A stretch of DNA of 63,045 nt, the filler included, from Octopus bimaculoides (Eukaryota), in assembly GCF_001194135.2 (NCBI RefSeq). It is 6 parts of 6 records of this genome, joined end to end, with 100 filler letters (N's around TTAATTAATTAA, not from the genome) between each part and the next. Parts side by side here need not be neighbours in the genome. Positions count along the whole stretch, not along the records: positions 38,990 to 59,559 come from NC_069004.1; positions 59,660 to 63,045 come from NC_068981.1; 4 more parts are not named here. The stretch is one strand, 5' to 3'. The translations under genes and the position numbers were made by a program. The notes under the pieces were generated by a model. That model saw only the letters and a program-made list of their open reading frames with translations, had not been told where the DNA came from and did not search any database. This document shows positions 51,130 through 62,478 of this stretch, piece by piece. How positions within the stretch are numbered: the stretch's first letter is position 1; every line of letters starts with the position of its first letter.

Positions 51130-51282
51130 CTGTTCTGGATTGTCCTTAATATTATCAAGTTCTTTCTGATAATATTCAATTGCCTTTTCATACTGGCAGT
51201 CATCTTGGTAAGTCTGTGCCAATGACATATAAATTGGAGCCAAATCTGACTGGGGTGTACCAATTTTGATTCCAAGTTCGAG
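51130..51282 (-). CDS. TONSL: Internal coding exon, TPR region of a tonsoku-like DNA repair protein (TONSL/NFKBIL2-like)
   Basis: 153-nt phase 0-0 exon with acceptor ttttaatgtcatttgcag| and donor cag|gtaatt. Translates LELGIKIGTPQSDLAPIYMSLAQTYQDDCQYEKAIEYYQKELDNIKDNPEQ, which aligns by eye with the human TONSL TPR segment (..[39 protein letters not shown]..). The gene name comes from recalled similarity, not a search. Confidence 0.75.
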
Positions 51283-51806
51283 CTGCAAATGACATTAAAA
51301 AAATGTTATTTACTAACATACAACAACAACAGTAAAACAAAATGCAAAATAAAATGACTTTTTTTTCTTTGAAATCAATAGTTTCTTTTTAAATTAGAAG
51401 TCCATAATGTATTTTTCTTTTTTTTTTTAATTTTGAGAATGTTTTCTCAAGTCTGTAAACTTTCATGTGGCACTAAGATTTTGGGGTTTCAGACAGGTCA
51501 CTAGGGCCAAAACTAATGATGATTGATAACAGGCGGAAGAGGAGGAGAACAACAACAACATCAACAACAAAAATAAAGGACACACAACACAAATTATCGT
51601 GTGAGGAACCAGAATACAATCTGCTATGGTTTCTATCAAGCCAGTCTCTTGTAACAGGCTTAATATTAAATATTGGTGACTTCCGTAATTTCATTTTACT
51701 TGATAACTCAATACATCCAGTCTTGTGGTCAAGTGGTCAGTGACACAGCTTATTTACTAGGTGAGGAGGATGTGATACCAAACAGCAGGACTGAAAATAT
51801 ATTAGC

Positions 51807-52250
51807 GAGGGCACATGGCTCAGTGGTTAGAGCATCCGGCTCACAATCATGAGGTAGTGAGTTCGATTCCCGGACTGGACTGTGTGTTGTGTTCTTGAGC
51901 AAGGCACTTTATTTTACGTTGCAACCAGTTCACTAAGATGTAGAAATGGGTTGTGACATCACTGGTGCCAAGCTGTATCAGTCTTTGCCTTTTCCTTGGA
52001 TAACACTGATCGTGTGGAGAGAGGAGGCTGGTAGGCATGGACGACTGCTGGTCTTTCATAAGCAATCTTGCACGGACTTGTGCCTGGGAGGGTAACTTTC
52101 TAGTGGCGTGGAGAGGGGAGACCAGTATGCATGGGCGACTGCTGGTCTTCCATAAACAACTTTGCCCGGAGGTGTGCCTTGGAGGGTATCTTTCTAGGTG
52201 CAATCCCATGGTTATTCATAACCAAAGGAGGTCTTTACCCTTTACCCTTT
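51807..52250 (+). mobile_element. tRNA-derived SINE family E with a 90-nt internal duplication
   Basis: A box TGGCTCAGTGG, B box GAGTTCGATTCC, body cttgagcaaggcactttattttacgttgc, tail (taccctt)n. Confidence 0.9.
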
Positions 52251-52411
52251 TGGTGTCTACATGCAGAAAAGCTTCTCACGGAGAAACCAATGATTAATGC
52301 AACTTGGAGAGGAAACAAGCATCAACAGTTTATCTTTCCTACAACAGATTTGAGATGGATTAAAGCTGAAGTATTTATTAGATGTACGCAAGTAGAGGTT
52401 GACAATTACGA

Positions 52412-52575
52412 TCCTCATCTTCATTATCATTTTAACGTCCACTTCTCCATGCTCACATGGGTTCAACGGAATTTGATGAGGTAGATTTTCTACAACTGGA
52501 TGCTCTTCCTGTTGCCAACCCTCACCTGTTTCCAAGTAACGTAGTATTTCTTCATGGCCAGACATGTTTTCAAAG
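52412..52575 (-). mobile_element. RTE-type 3' end, diverged variant
   Basis: catcttcattatcattttaacgtccacttctccatgctcacatgggtt..ctggatgctcttcctgttgccaacc. Confidence 0.65.
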
Positions 52576-53261
52576 AAAATTGGAAATTTCTACACTACCA
52601 GCAGGACAGTGACACAACTATTGTGCAATCTCAAAGCAAGAGTAACACAAACACACATCCAACTTAAGATGGCTGTTTTGATGGAACACTGAATACTGTG
52701 TTACTAACTTAGAGGGATCCTTTCATACAGGTGCTTGGTGAATAAAAGCAGACACATAGATCGTAGCAGACAAGAATCGTCTGTCAGGGATACTGGAATT
52801 CCCATATTAAATGATTTCATTCTACTAGAAATCACGTGATAAATGAGTTCCAGCATCCATGACAGATTATTCTTATCTACTATGATCTATGTGTGTGCTT
52901 TTATGCACCAAATGCCTGTATGGGAGGATCCCTCAAGACTAATAAGGCAGCATTCAGCGTTCTATGAAGACATCTAAGTTAAGTTGGATATAAAGCTTGC
53001 CTTTTCATATTAATACTACTTCTGTCACTAATAATTTATAAACCTGGAAAAGTACAGGACAAGTTATTACACCTGTAAAAGTATAGGACAAACTATTACT
53101 TCAGGTAAAGAATAAGAAACTTTTTACTTAAAATATCGCAGCATCACTCTTTACAGTTCTCATCATTTAAAATTTATTGTACAAAACTGTTCGGTTAATT
53201 TGTAAGTTTGGCTAATTAGTCACTTTTTTCTGTATTTAAGGTAGTAAATTAGCCGACAATA

Positions 53262-53617
53262 GTGATGATGATAATGATGCTGATGGTGCTGGTGATGATG
53301 ATGTGAACGATGGCGATAATGGTAAAAATGATGATGATGCTGATGATGATACTAGTAGCAATGAAGCTGATGATAATGATGATGCTGGTGACAACGACGA
53401 TGATGATGATGAAGGCGAAAGAGTACAACAGGGGTCGTCACAACCCCCTGCCGGAGCCTCGTGGAGCTTAGGTGTTTTCGCTCAATAAACACTCACAACG
53501 CCCGGTCTGGGAATCGAAACCGCGATCCTCCAACCGCGAGTCTGCTGCCCTAACCACTGGGCCATTGCGCCTCCACATGATGATGAAGGTGATGATGCTG
53601 GTGATGATGATGATGAC
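53262..53617. repeat. Degenerate (GAT)n tract split by a SINE
   Basis: gatgat runs at 53262-53411 and 53577-53617. Confidence 0.9.
53412..53576 (-). mobile_element. tRNA-derived SINE family D (head and body) inside (GAT)n
   Basis: Minus strand ggcgcaaTGGCCCAGTGGttagggcagcagactcgcggttggaggatcgcgGTTTCGATTCCcagacc carries clear Pol III A and B boxes. There is no complete acceptor stem, and it continues into repeat body. Confidence 0.9.
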
Positions 53618-53864
53618 AACGACAGCAAATAAAAAGGTAAAACTGCTGAAGATAAGAGGAGTTAACATGTATTCCATCTAGTCCCTCCTTAACTGGGGTC
53701 ACCCATCCTCACTTATTGATTCGTCGTTTAGGGAGACTGCAAGGTTGTAAACTACAAAATTGCTAGGAGATATCAGCAATCTTACAGTCAGCAACGACCT
53801 AATTATCTGTTGTTGTTGTTGTTGTTGGTAGTTCTATTTTTATTCTCTCACATTTACCCCCCAC

Positions 53865-54260
53865 CACCACCACCACATTCACACACACACACATACATAT
53901 AGACAGACAGACACACAAACACACAAACATACACACACAGACACACACTCATGCACACACACATACACACATACATATAGACAAACAGACACACGAACAC
54001 ACACACACACACAGGCACAAACATACACACACACACAGACACACACATATAGACAAACAGACACACAAACACACACACACACAGAGGCACAGACACAAAC
54101 GCATATACACACACAGACACACTCATGCGCACACACAGATACACACGCACAAAGAGTTGGAGACACACACACATACACACAGACACACACATATACACAC
54201 ACACAGACACACACACACACAGATACACACGCACACACACACACACATATATATACACAC
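53865..54260. repeat. Cryptic (CA)n-derived array with higher-order units
   Basis: atatagaca(a/g)acagacacac recurs three times at about 70-80-nt spacing. Confidence 0.8.
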
Positions 54261-54496
54261 TGAAAGATACATACACCGATATACGATACATTACTGAAAA
54301 CTGAAAGTTCTGGACAATTCACCAGATCAAAATTCTGCGAAAATGCCACAACCGATTCTCAGAAACGAATTAATTTTCTTTCGGAATCATTTGGCAGCCA
54401 GTATCATATCTGCTCCAACGAAAACTGTGTAAGATGGAAGAGGAAAAGGCACTTTGGCAACAAGGATTGTAGTGTTGTATACATCCTCATACTAAC

Positions 54497-54536
<40 letters not shown>

Positions 54537-54557
54537 TGTGTGTGTGTGTGTGTGTGT

Positions 54558-55485
54558 GTTTTATCTTTAATTCTTTCAGTCATTAGACAGTGGTCATGCT
54601 GGGGCATCACTTTGAAGGATTTTAGTGGAAGAAATTGACTCCTGTACCTTTTTTCTTTAACCCTTTAGTGTTCAGATTATTCTATCAAACATAATATGCT
54701 TTTTGATTCACATTGATTTGAATTAATCATGCATTATCTCATCTTCAAGATCTTGATGGTGTAATTACTTAATGTAGAATAAAATTGTAGGGTAGGTGTG
54801 AGAGCCGGGATCAGGCCAGTTTGAACATAAAACAGATTAAATATTTTGGCCGGATATGGCCGGTTCAAATACTAAAGGGTTAAAGCCTGGTATTTATTTT
54901 ATCAGTTTCTTTTGGCAAACTGCTAGGTTACAGGGACATAAACACACCAACACCGGCTGTCAAGCAGCGATGGGGGACAAACACAGAAACAAAGACACAC
55001 TCAGATATCTTTTATGCTTTACTCCTTTCAGTCATTAGACTGTGGCCAGGCAACGGCACCACCTAGAAAAGTTTTTAGTTAAATGAACTCATCCCAGTAC
55101 TTAATTTTTTGCCTCAGCCTGGAATTCATTCTATCAGTTGCCTTTGCTCAACAGCTAAGTTACGTGGAACGTAAACACACCAAGCTGTGCTGGGGGATAA
55201 AGTCAGACACAAAGATACACACACAGATATACATATATACAAGGGGATGCTTTCAGTTTCCGTCTACCAAATCCACTCACAAGGCTTTGATTAGCCTGAG
55301 GCTATAGTAGAAGACACATGCCTAAGGTGCCATTCAGTAGGCCTGAACCCGGAACCATGTGGTTGGCAAGTGCACTTCTTATTACACTGCCATGCCTGCA
55401 CCTATATTTTCAGGTCAGTCACAAGTGGTAACAATTGAGTATTTCCTTTTTGATTTATTATTGCTTATAACTGCCTTCCTTATTT

Positions 55486-55521
<36 letters not shown>

Positions 55522-55838
55522 NNNNNNNNNNNNNNNNNNNNNNNNNNNNNNNNTATACTCTTTACTCTCTTTTACTTGTTTCAGTCATTTGACTGTGGCC
55601 ATGCTGGAGCACTGCCTTTAGTCGAGCAAAGTGACCCCAGGACTTATTCTTTGTCAGCCAATACTTATTCTATCGGTCTCTTTTGCCAAACTGCTAAGTT
55701 ACAGGGACGTAAAGACACCACCATCGGTTGTCAAGCGATGTTGGGGGAGACAAACATAGACACACAAACATATACACATACGTACATATATACGACAGGC
55801 TTCTTTCAGTTTCCATCTACCAAATCCACTCACAAGGC
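54558..55838 (-). mobile_element. Cluster of at least three SINE family B copies in the same orientation
   Basis: Copies at about 54558-55005 (split by the MITE), 55010-55395 and 55554-55838, each with ttcagtcatt(a/t)gac(t/a)gtgg. Confidence 0.85.
54661..54879. mobile_element. piggyBac-like MITE inserted in a SINE
   Basis: TTAA|ccctttagt..actaaaggg|TTAA, 219 bp. SINE sequence resumes after it. Confidence 0.85.
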
Positions 55839-55950
55839 TATAAAATGAAAGATGTAGTATACCAAGCAACAATGCTCAATGTATACCACTAAGCTGTCAA
55901 ATCATATATAAATTTTAAAATAGCTATGCTGTCCAATTGGGCGCTTATTT

Positions 55951-55982
<32 letters not shown>

Positions 55983-56837
55983 NNNNNNNNNNNNNNNNNN
56001 NNNNNNNNNNNNNNNNNNNNNNNNNNNNNNNNNNNNNNNNNNNNNNNNNNNNNNNNNNNNNNNNNNNNNNNNNNNNNNNNNNNNNNNNNNNNNNNNNNNN
56101 NNNNNNNNNNNNNNNNNNNNNNNNNNNNNNNNNNNNNNNNNNNNNNNNNNNNNNNNNNNNNNNNNNNNNNNNNNNNNNNNNNNNNNNNNNNNNNNNNNNN
56201 NNNNNNNNNNNNNNNNNNNNNNNNNNNNNNNNNNNNNNNNNNNNNNNNNNNNNNNNNNNNNNNNNNNNNNNNNNNNNNNNNNNNNNNNNNNNNNNNNNNN
56301 NNNNNNNNNNNNNNNNNNNNNNNNNNNNNNNNNNNNNNNNNNNNNNNNNNNNNNNNNNNNNNNNNNNNNNNNNNNNNNNNNNNNNNNNNNNNNNNNNNNN
56401 NNNNNNNNNNNNNNNNNNNNNNNNNNNNNNNNNNNNNNNNNNNNNNNNNNNNNNNNNNNNNNNNNNNNNNNNNNNNNNNNNNNNNNNNNNNNNNNNNNNN
56501 NNNNNNNNNNNNNNNNNNNNNNNNNNNNNNNNNNNNNNNNNNNNNNNNNNNNNNNNNNNNNNNNNNNNNNNNNNNNNNNNNNNNNNNNNNNNNNNNNNNN
56601 NNNNNNNNNNNNNNNNNNNNNNNNNNNNNNNNNNNNNNNNNNNNNNNNNNNNNNNNNNNNNNNNNNNNNNNNNNNNNNNNNNNNNNNNNNNNNNNNNNNN
56701 NNNNNNNNNNNNNNNNNNNNNNNNNNNNNNNNNNNNNNNNNNNNNNNNNNNNNNNNNNNNNNNNNNNNNNNNNNNNNNNNNNNNNNNNNNNNNNNNNNNN
56801 NNNNNNNNNNNNNNNNNNNNNNNNNNNNNNNNNNNNN

Positions 56838-57131
56838 ATTGAGTGAAAACACCTAAAGCTCCACAGGGCTCCGGTAGGAGATGGTGGCGAACCCTGCTGT
56901 ACTCTTTCACCACAACTTTCTCTCACTCTTACTTCCTGTTTCTGTTGTGCCTGTAATTCAAAGGGTCAGCCTTGTCACACTGTGTCACGCTGAATATCCC
57001 TGAGAACTACGTTAAGGGTACATGTGTCTGTGGAGTGCTCAGCCACTTGCACGTTAATTTCACGAGCAGGCTGTTCCATTGATCGGATCAACTGGAACCC
57101 TCGACGTCGTAAGCGAAGGAGTGCCAACAAC
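56838..57131 (+). mobile_element. SINE: family D body plus shared tail C
   Basis: attgagtgaaaacacctaaagctcc..gctgtactctttcacc, then cctgtaattcaaagggtcagcc..gatcggatcaactggaaccctcg..ggagtgcc. Confidence 0.88.
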
Positions 57132-57250
57132 ATTTGCACTGAGGAGACTGGTAATATTTAACTAATTTAACTATAATTATAATAAATTAATTTTTAATTT
57201 TTTACATGTTAATATTACCAGTCAAAATCTTGTTGAAGTTTTGATTTTGG

Positions 57251-57450
57251 ATGGGATATTGTGTGTTCTTTTCCTTTCAAGCAAATTATCAAATTTAGCC
57301 CAATGGGACATTGTGTTTTTATTTCCTTTCAAGCCCTATAAAATTTTGCTGAATGGGATATTTTTTTCATTCCCTTTCATGCAAACTCAAATTTAGTTTA
57401 TTGGGATATTGAGTTTTCATTAGCTTTCATGCAAACTGTCAAATTCAGCC
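57251..57450. repeat. Diverged minisatellite, about 50 bp x 4
   Basis: Units begin (a/t)tggga(t/c)att at 57251, 57303, 57353 and 57401 and share ctttca(a/t)gc..aaatt. Confidence 0.85.
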
Positions 57451-57724
57451 TGATCACCCTATATAACCTGTATACACCCTGTATAGCTAGTATTACTAGC
57501 TATAAAATATAATTATGAAATGTAGGAGATATTTACAATAAATACAAGTTTATTCCATATGTTCTTATGTTTCGTTTCACCCTTATAGTTGCTTGGAACA
57601 CTGCACTGGAAGTTCAGAGTGCATTTGAAACAGATCTTCAAGGAACACTTCATTGCATTAAATCACAAAGAGGTACAAATGCACTTTGGAACATCCATTG
57701 CAGGGTGAAACATATGTAGGACCA

Positions 57725-57930
57725 AGGCGGCGAGCTGACAGAAACGTTAGCAGGCCGGACGAAATGTTTAGCGGTATTTCGTCTGACATGACACTACATT
57801 CTAAGTTCAAATTCCGCCAAGGTCGACTCTGCCTTTCATCCTTTCGGGGTCGATCTAATCGACTTAATACCTTTGTCTGTCTTTGTTCGTCCCCTCTATG
57901 TTTAGCCCCTTGTGGGCAATAAAGAAATAA
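57725..57930 (+). mobile_element. tRNA-derived SINE family A, with TSD
   Basis: Head aggcggcgagctgacagaaacgttagc, B-box-like aagttcaaattcc, tail caataaagaaataa. 18-bp TSD GAAACATATGTAGGACCA (57707-57724 and 57931-57948). Confidence 0.92.
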
Positions 57931-57994
57931 GAAACATATGTAGGACCATATGATATCAAGTTTTTCTTTAGCATAACTTTCCATATGTGTGTGT

Positions 57995-58050
<56 letters not shown>

Positions 58051-58810
58051 ACACCTTCTCCTTCACTTCCAACCAAGTTCCATTCCAAACTATTTTCATT
58101 CAAACACAATTGAAGCTTGAAAGCGACTGAGAGACAGTGACAGGCAGTGGATTCCTGGGTCTGAGGAGACCTGCATTGCCAGATGCTAACATAATCATCA
58201 TACATGCAGCTGCCCAACATCCAAAAATCCATCCTTTGTATATTCATTTATTTTTTAATTTCCTTATTTTTTATGGTCATAAGTGTGGATGGTTGTAAGT
58301 CACATAGGTCACATATCAAGAAGTTGTGTGTGTGTGTATATCTGTGTGTGTGTGTGGGTGGGTGTGTGTGTGTGTATGTATATGAAAGGAAAAATTGTAG
58401 GTGTAAACGAACTTTAATTCATGATCCAGGTTGGTACAGAACCAATATATATTCTACAAATTGTTTCGGAGTCTAATTAATTCCAAAGACAAAAACAAAG
58501 AACTCTTCATGAAATAAAGATTACATTCTTCATCAGGAATTACATACTGGTATGAATAATTACGACCAACAAAAATATACAAAGATCTCTCATAACCCAG
58601 ACTGGAAGGAACAGATCATAAAACGAAAGATAACTGGAACCCCAGATAATTCAAAACCAGAAAAATTATATATATAGATATAAAAACCCCCATTCCAGCG
58701 TTTTATTAACATTACAATTCATGATAAGTAAAAATCTAGTAAAGATAGATAAATTTAATGAAACAAAAATCAACTACAAAAATAATAGGGTTATCTAATC
58801 AAAAATTAAA

Positions 58811-58895
58811 ATTTATTATGTTTTAGTAGATAATATATCGGTTTGTAGTTATTAACACTACAAACCGATATATTATCTACTAAAACATAATAAAT
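58811..58895. repeat. Perfect 39-bp inverted repeat with a 7-nt loop
   Basis: 58811-58849 is the exact reverse complement of 58857-58895. Confidence 0.95.
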
Positions 58896-59232
58896 GTTCT
58901 AATTCAAAGTTAATAATATGGTAATATCAAACGAAAATAAAAAGAAAAAGAAAAAGCAATTCTTTTATTTACAAAATAGCCTTCTACTAGTAAAACAGTA
59001 GAATGGAGAAAGAGAAAGAGTAGTATCGGTGAAGGGAGAGGAGAGAAAGTAGTAATACAGTGAAGGAGAGGTAGAGAGAATAATAGCCATAACTGAAAGA
59101 GAGAAAGTAATAACTGTTTGAGAAAGATGAACGCGGAGTATATCATCTGTTCTCAACATATGAATGAGAAAGGAAGGGGTGAATAAAGTAAAAAAACAGC
59201 CATTCAACTGTATGTGAGTATATGTGTATATG

Positions 59233-59524
59233 TCATCATCATCATCATCATCGTTTAACGTCCGCTTTCCATGCTAGCATGGGTTGGACGATTTGACTGA
59301 GGACTGGTGAAACCGGATGGCAACACCAGGCTCCAATCTGACTTGGCAGAGTTTCTACAGCTGGATGCCCTTCCTAACGCCAATCACTCAGAGACTGTAG
59401 TGGGTGCTTTTACGTGTCACCTGCACGAAGGCCAGTCAGGCGGTACTGGCAACGGCCACGCTCAAAATGGTGTATTTTATGTGCCACCCGCACAAGAGCC
59501 AGTCCAAGAGCACTGGCAGCGATC
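59233..59524 (-). mobile_element. RTE LINE 3' UTR copy
   Basis: (cat)n-cgtttaacgtccgctttccatgctagcatgggttggacg.., same family as 42386. Confidence 0.85.
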
Positions 59525-59720
59525 TGTGTGTATAAAAAAGGGAGGTATGTGAATGTTTTNNNNNNNNNNNNNNNNNNNNNNNNNNNNNNNNNNNNNNNNN
59601 NNNTTAATTAATTAANNNNNNNNNNNNNNNNNNNNNNNNNNNNNNNNNNNNNNNNNNNNCCGAACTTACAAGGAAATACAATTTAATAATATCAAATTGA
59701 GTTGTATAATGAAAAATATT

Positions 59721-61025
59721 TTAATAATTTGGAGAAGAACCACCATGGTCCAACTCACACGTTGAAGGAGATCAGACACCATCAAGAAAAGCGTACTATG
59801 CAAAATACTAGTTTAAAAATCTAAAAAATCCAAGGGAAAATTTGTAATACATAAACTCTAAGAAATATTGGACTAAAAATTTAAATCAGTTTAGTAAGTT
59901 TAAAAACGAAAGTGGATGAAAGACTACGCGCGTTTCATGGCCACATTAAAGTGGAAAATATCTGGTCAATCTACAATGAATCGATCAAGATAAATACTAC
60001 TCATAATGAGGACACTCTTCAGGTAAAGTAACTTCAAAAAACGTATGCTAATATTTAAAAGATGTGATAAAATAATAAAAGTATAAAAATCTGTACGTTT
60101 AAGCAAAATTTAGTACAAGGGAACGTGTCAAGGTTTTATAATAATATAAATCAAATAACAACAAATATCTGTCAAGTTGAAGGCATAAAACGTCTATTGG
60201 AGAAATAATATCTGTAGATAAGGAAAAAGAAAACATATATAAAGATAGTGTAATTAACTATTAAATGGAAAAGAACGTTCAAGAGTATTAGGAAAAAGAA
60301 CAATATCACTTAACTTAACGAAGATTCTCTTTAAACAGCAGAGTATTAATCAGAAAGCTATCTCAACTAACTACCTGAACCCTATTACGAAGTCATTACT
60401 ATGCAGATATTACAATAGAGTTGTGTGAACGTTATCTGAACTTATTATATAAAAAGTTATGTTTATGTCTACATTTAATTTTGCGTTCATCTTGGGAGTT
60501 TATTAATTTTTCATTATTAGTGAATAGAATCTCCTTAAACTCGTTAGTGCATAAAGAACAGAATTTACTGCATATTCGGTAAGATTTAGCCTTACAAACT
60601 ATTTCCCATTTTAAATTTTATTTAATTCCTTTCGATTTAAGGTCCCATATGTATTTGCTAAGGCCAGTGGAATTGATTAAGTTGCTATTCTTAAAAGAGT
60701 GCATATGTTGAGCCACACGAGATTTTATTTTATTAGAGGTTGAGCTGATGTAGATCGTGTTTAGATTGTAAATTGACCAGATATTTTCCACTTTTATGTG
60801 GCCATGAAAGGCGCGTAGTCTTTCATTCACTTTCGTTTTCAAACTTACTAACCTGATTTAAATTTTTAGTCCTATATTTCTTAAGATTTTATATATTGCA
60901 AATTTCCACTTGGATTTTTTAGATTTTTAAACTAGCATTTTGCATAGTACGCTTTTCTTGATGGTGTCTGATTGTCTCCTTCATCGTGTGAGTTGCACCA
61001 TGGTGGTTCTTCTCTAAATTATTAA
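59721..61025 (-). mobile_element. 5'-truncated Penelope-like element with inverted terminal repeats
   Basis: GIY-YIG C-terminal half at about 60435-60765 (YISSTSNKIKSRVAQHMHSFKNSNLINSTGLSKYIWDLK..KWEIVCKAKSY..CSLC..KCRH). Arms 59721-59978 and 60765-61025 are inverted homologues. Confidence 0.85.
59923..60024 (-). ncRNA. Degenerate hammerhead-like motif in a Penelope 3' region
   Basis: CTGAAGA (60016-60022), stem II GTGTCC/GGCCAT with one mismatch and a long loop, GAAAC-GCGC-GTA within the palindrome ACGCGCGT. Stem I is only 2 bp. Confidence 0.35.
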
Positions 61026-61277
61026 TATATANNNNNNNNNNNNNNNNNNNNNNNNNNNNNNNNNNNNNNNNNNNNNNNNNNNNNNNNNNNNNNNNNNNNN
61101 NNNNNNNNNNNNNNNNNNNNNNNNNNNNNNNNNNNNNNNNNNNNNNNNNNNNNNNNNNNNNNNNNNNNNNNNNNNNNNNNNNNNNNNNNNNNNNNNNNNN
61201 NNNNNNNNNNNNNNNNNNNNNNNNNNNNNNNNNNNNNNNNNNNNNNNNNNNNNNNNNNNNNNNNNNNNNNNNNNNNT

Positions 61278-61900
61278 ATATGGGTACAGGACGTCACCAA
61301 GAGTAAATAACATGAAATGTGAAAGCAGATGCATTGAATACACAAACAATGAGAGAAACAAATGGAAAACAAGACAAGTAACATAAAGAACGATCCTTCA
61401 TCAGTTGTCGGCTGTCTATCTACTCCCCATTTCGAGCATTGAACGACAATATGTATCTTCGAAAACAGTTGATCCCATAAGTGCCAAAATAAAATTTGGG
61501 ATTTATGGAGGGTCAAAGTTGGGAACACAAACAGGACAGTGGAGACGTACAAGGAAACCAAACAAAAAGAAACATGGAGGGTTGTTAGACCAGAACGAGG
61601 GTAAAATAACGAACGCTGGAGAAATATTTTCTTTGACAAGAGAAATGTTAGAAGAGAGAGATATAGGATGCGTCCCGAACTTAGATCAGTCCAGAAAGAA
61701 AAGAAAGATGGACGATGGTCACGTGTAGGCAGCGAGAGAGATTAAAGGAAAAAGAAAGGGAGAGAGAGAGACAAATAGAAAACGGTGAAGGGGAGAAAAA
61801 AAGGGAATTAGAGAAAGGATGAGAGAGAAAACGATATGGAGGAAAAACAGTATAAAGTAAAGTTGCATCAAAAAGATTGAGATAAACTTACTAAAAACTC
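61278..61900 (-). mobile_element. Probable PLE-like terminal/UTR repeat
   Basis: Ends ..gacgtcctgtacccatata at a TA/gap boundary, similar in style to the 44763 terminus (..ctcccatata). Contains CTGATGAAGG but no GAAA partner. Confidence 0.3.
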
Positions 61901-62478
61901 GATTTTTTCAACTTTAAACGTGATCTTACTTTTGTAGCGGTGAAAAATTAATCAAACATTTNNNNNNNNNNNNNNNNNNNNNNNNNNNNNNNNNNNNNNN
62001 NNNNNNNNNNNNNNNNNNNNNNNNNNNNNNNNNNNNNNNNNNNNNNNNNNNNNNNNNNNNNNNNNNNNNNNNNNNNNNNNNNNNNNNNNNNNNNNNNNNN
62101 NNNNNNNNNNNNNNNNNNNNNNNNNNNNNNNNNNNNNNNNNNNNNNNNNNNNNNNNNNNNNNNNNNNNNNNNNNNNNNNNNNNNNNNNNNNNNNNNNNNN
62201 NNNNNNNNNNNNNNNNNNNNNNNNNNNNNNNNNNNNNNNNNNNNNNNNNNNNNNNNNNNNNNNNNNNNNNNNNNNNNNNNNNNNNNNNNNNNNNNNNNNN
62301 NNNNNNNNNNNNNNNNNNNNNNNNNNNNNNNNNNNNNNNNNNNNNNNNNNNNNNNNNNNNGGCGTGCAGTCTCAGCCATGCAAGCTATGCGCCGCATGCT
62401 CTGTTATATAATCGGAAAATTAGATAAAATAGTGACTTTCTTGCAAAAAATAATCCGTCCAGTTTTCGAAATATTCTG

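Noticed and set aside
53500-53576. tRNA gene
   Set aside because: A and B boxes are present, but it has no full cloverleaf and runs into a repeat body seen elsewhere. It is a SINE head, as are 51807 and 18452.
58100-58230. Possible degraded RTE RT fragment
   Set aside because: Only a few residues of similarity, too weak to call.
58495-58540. CTGATGAAGAAT..GAAG hammerhead-like (minus)
   Set aside because: GAAA absent, and stems I and III do not pair.
61385-61410. CTGATGAAGG hammerhead start (minus)
   Set aside because: No GAAA or closing stems downstream.
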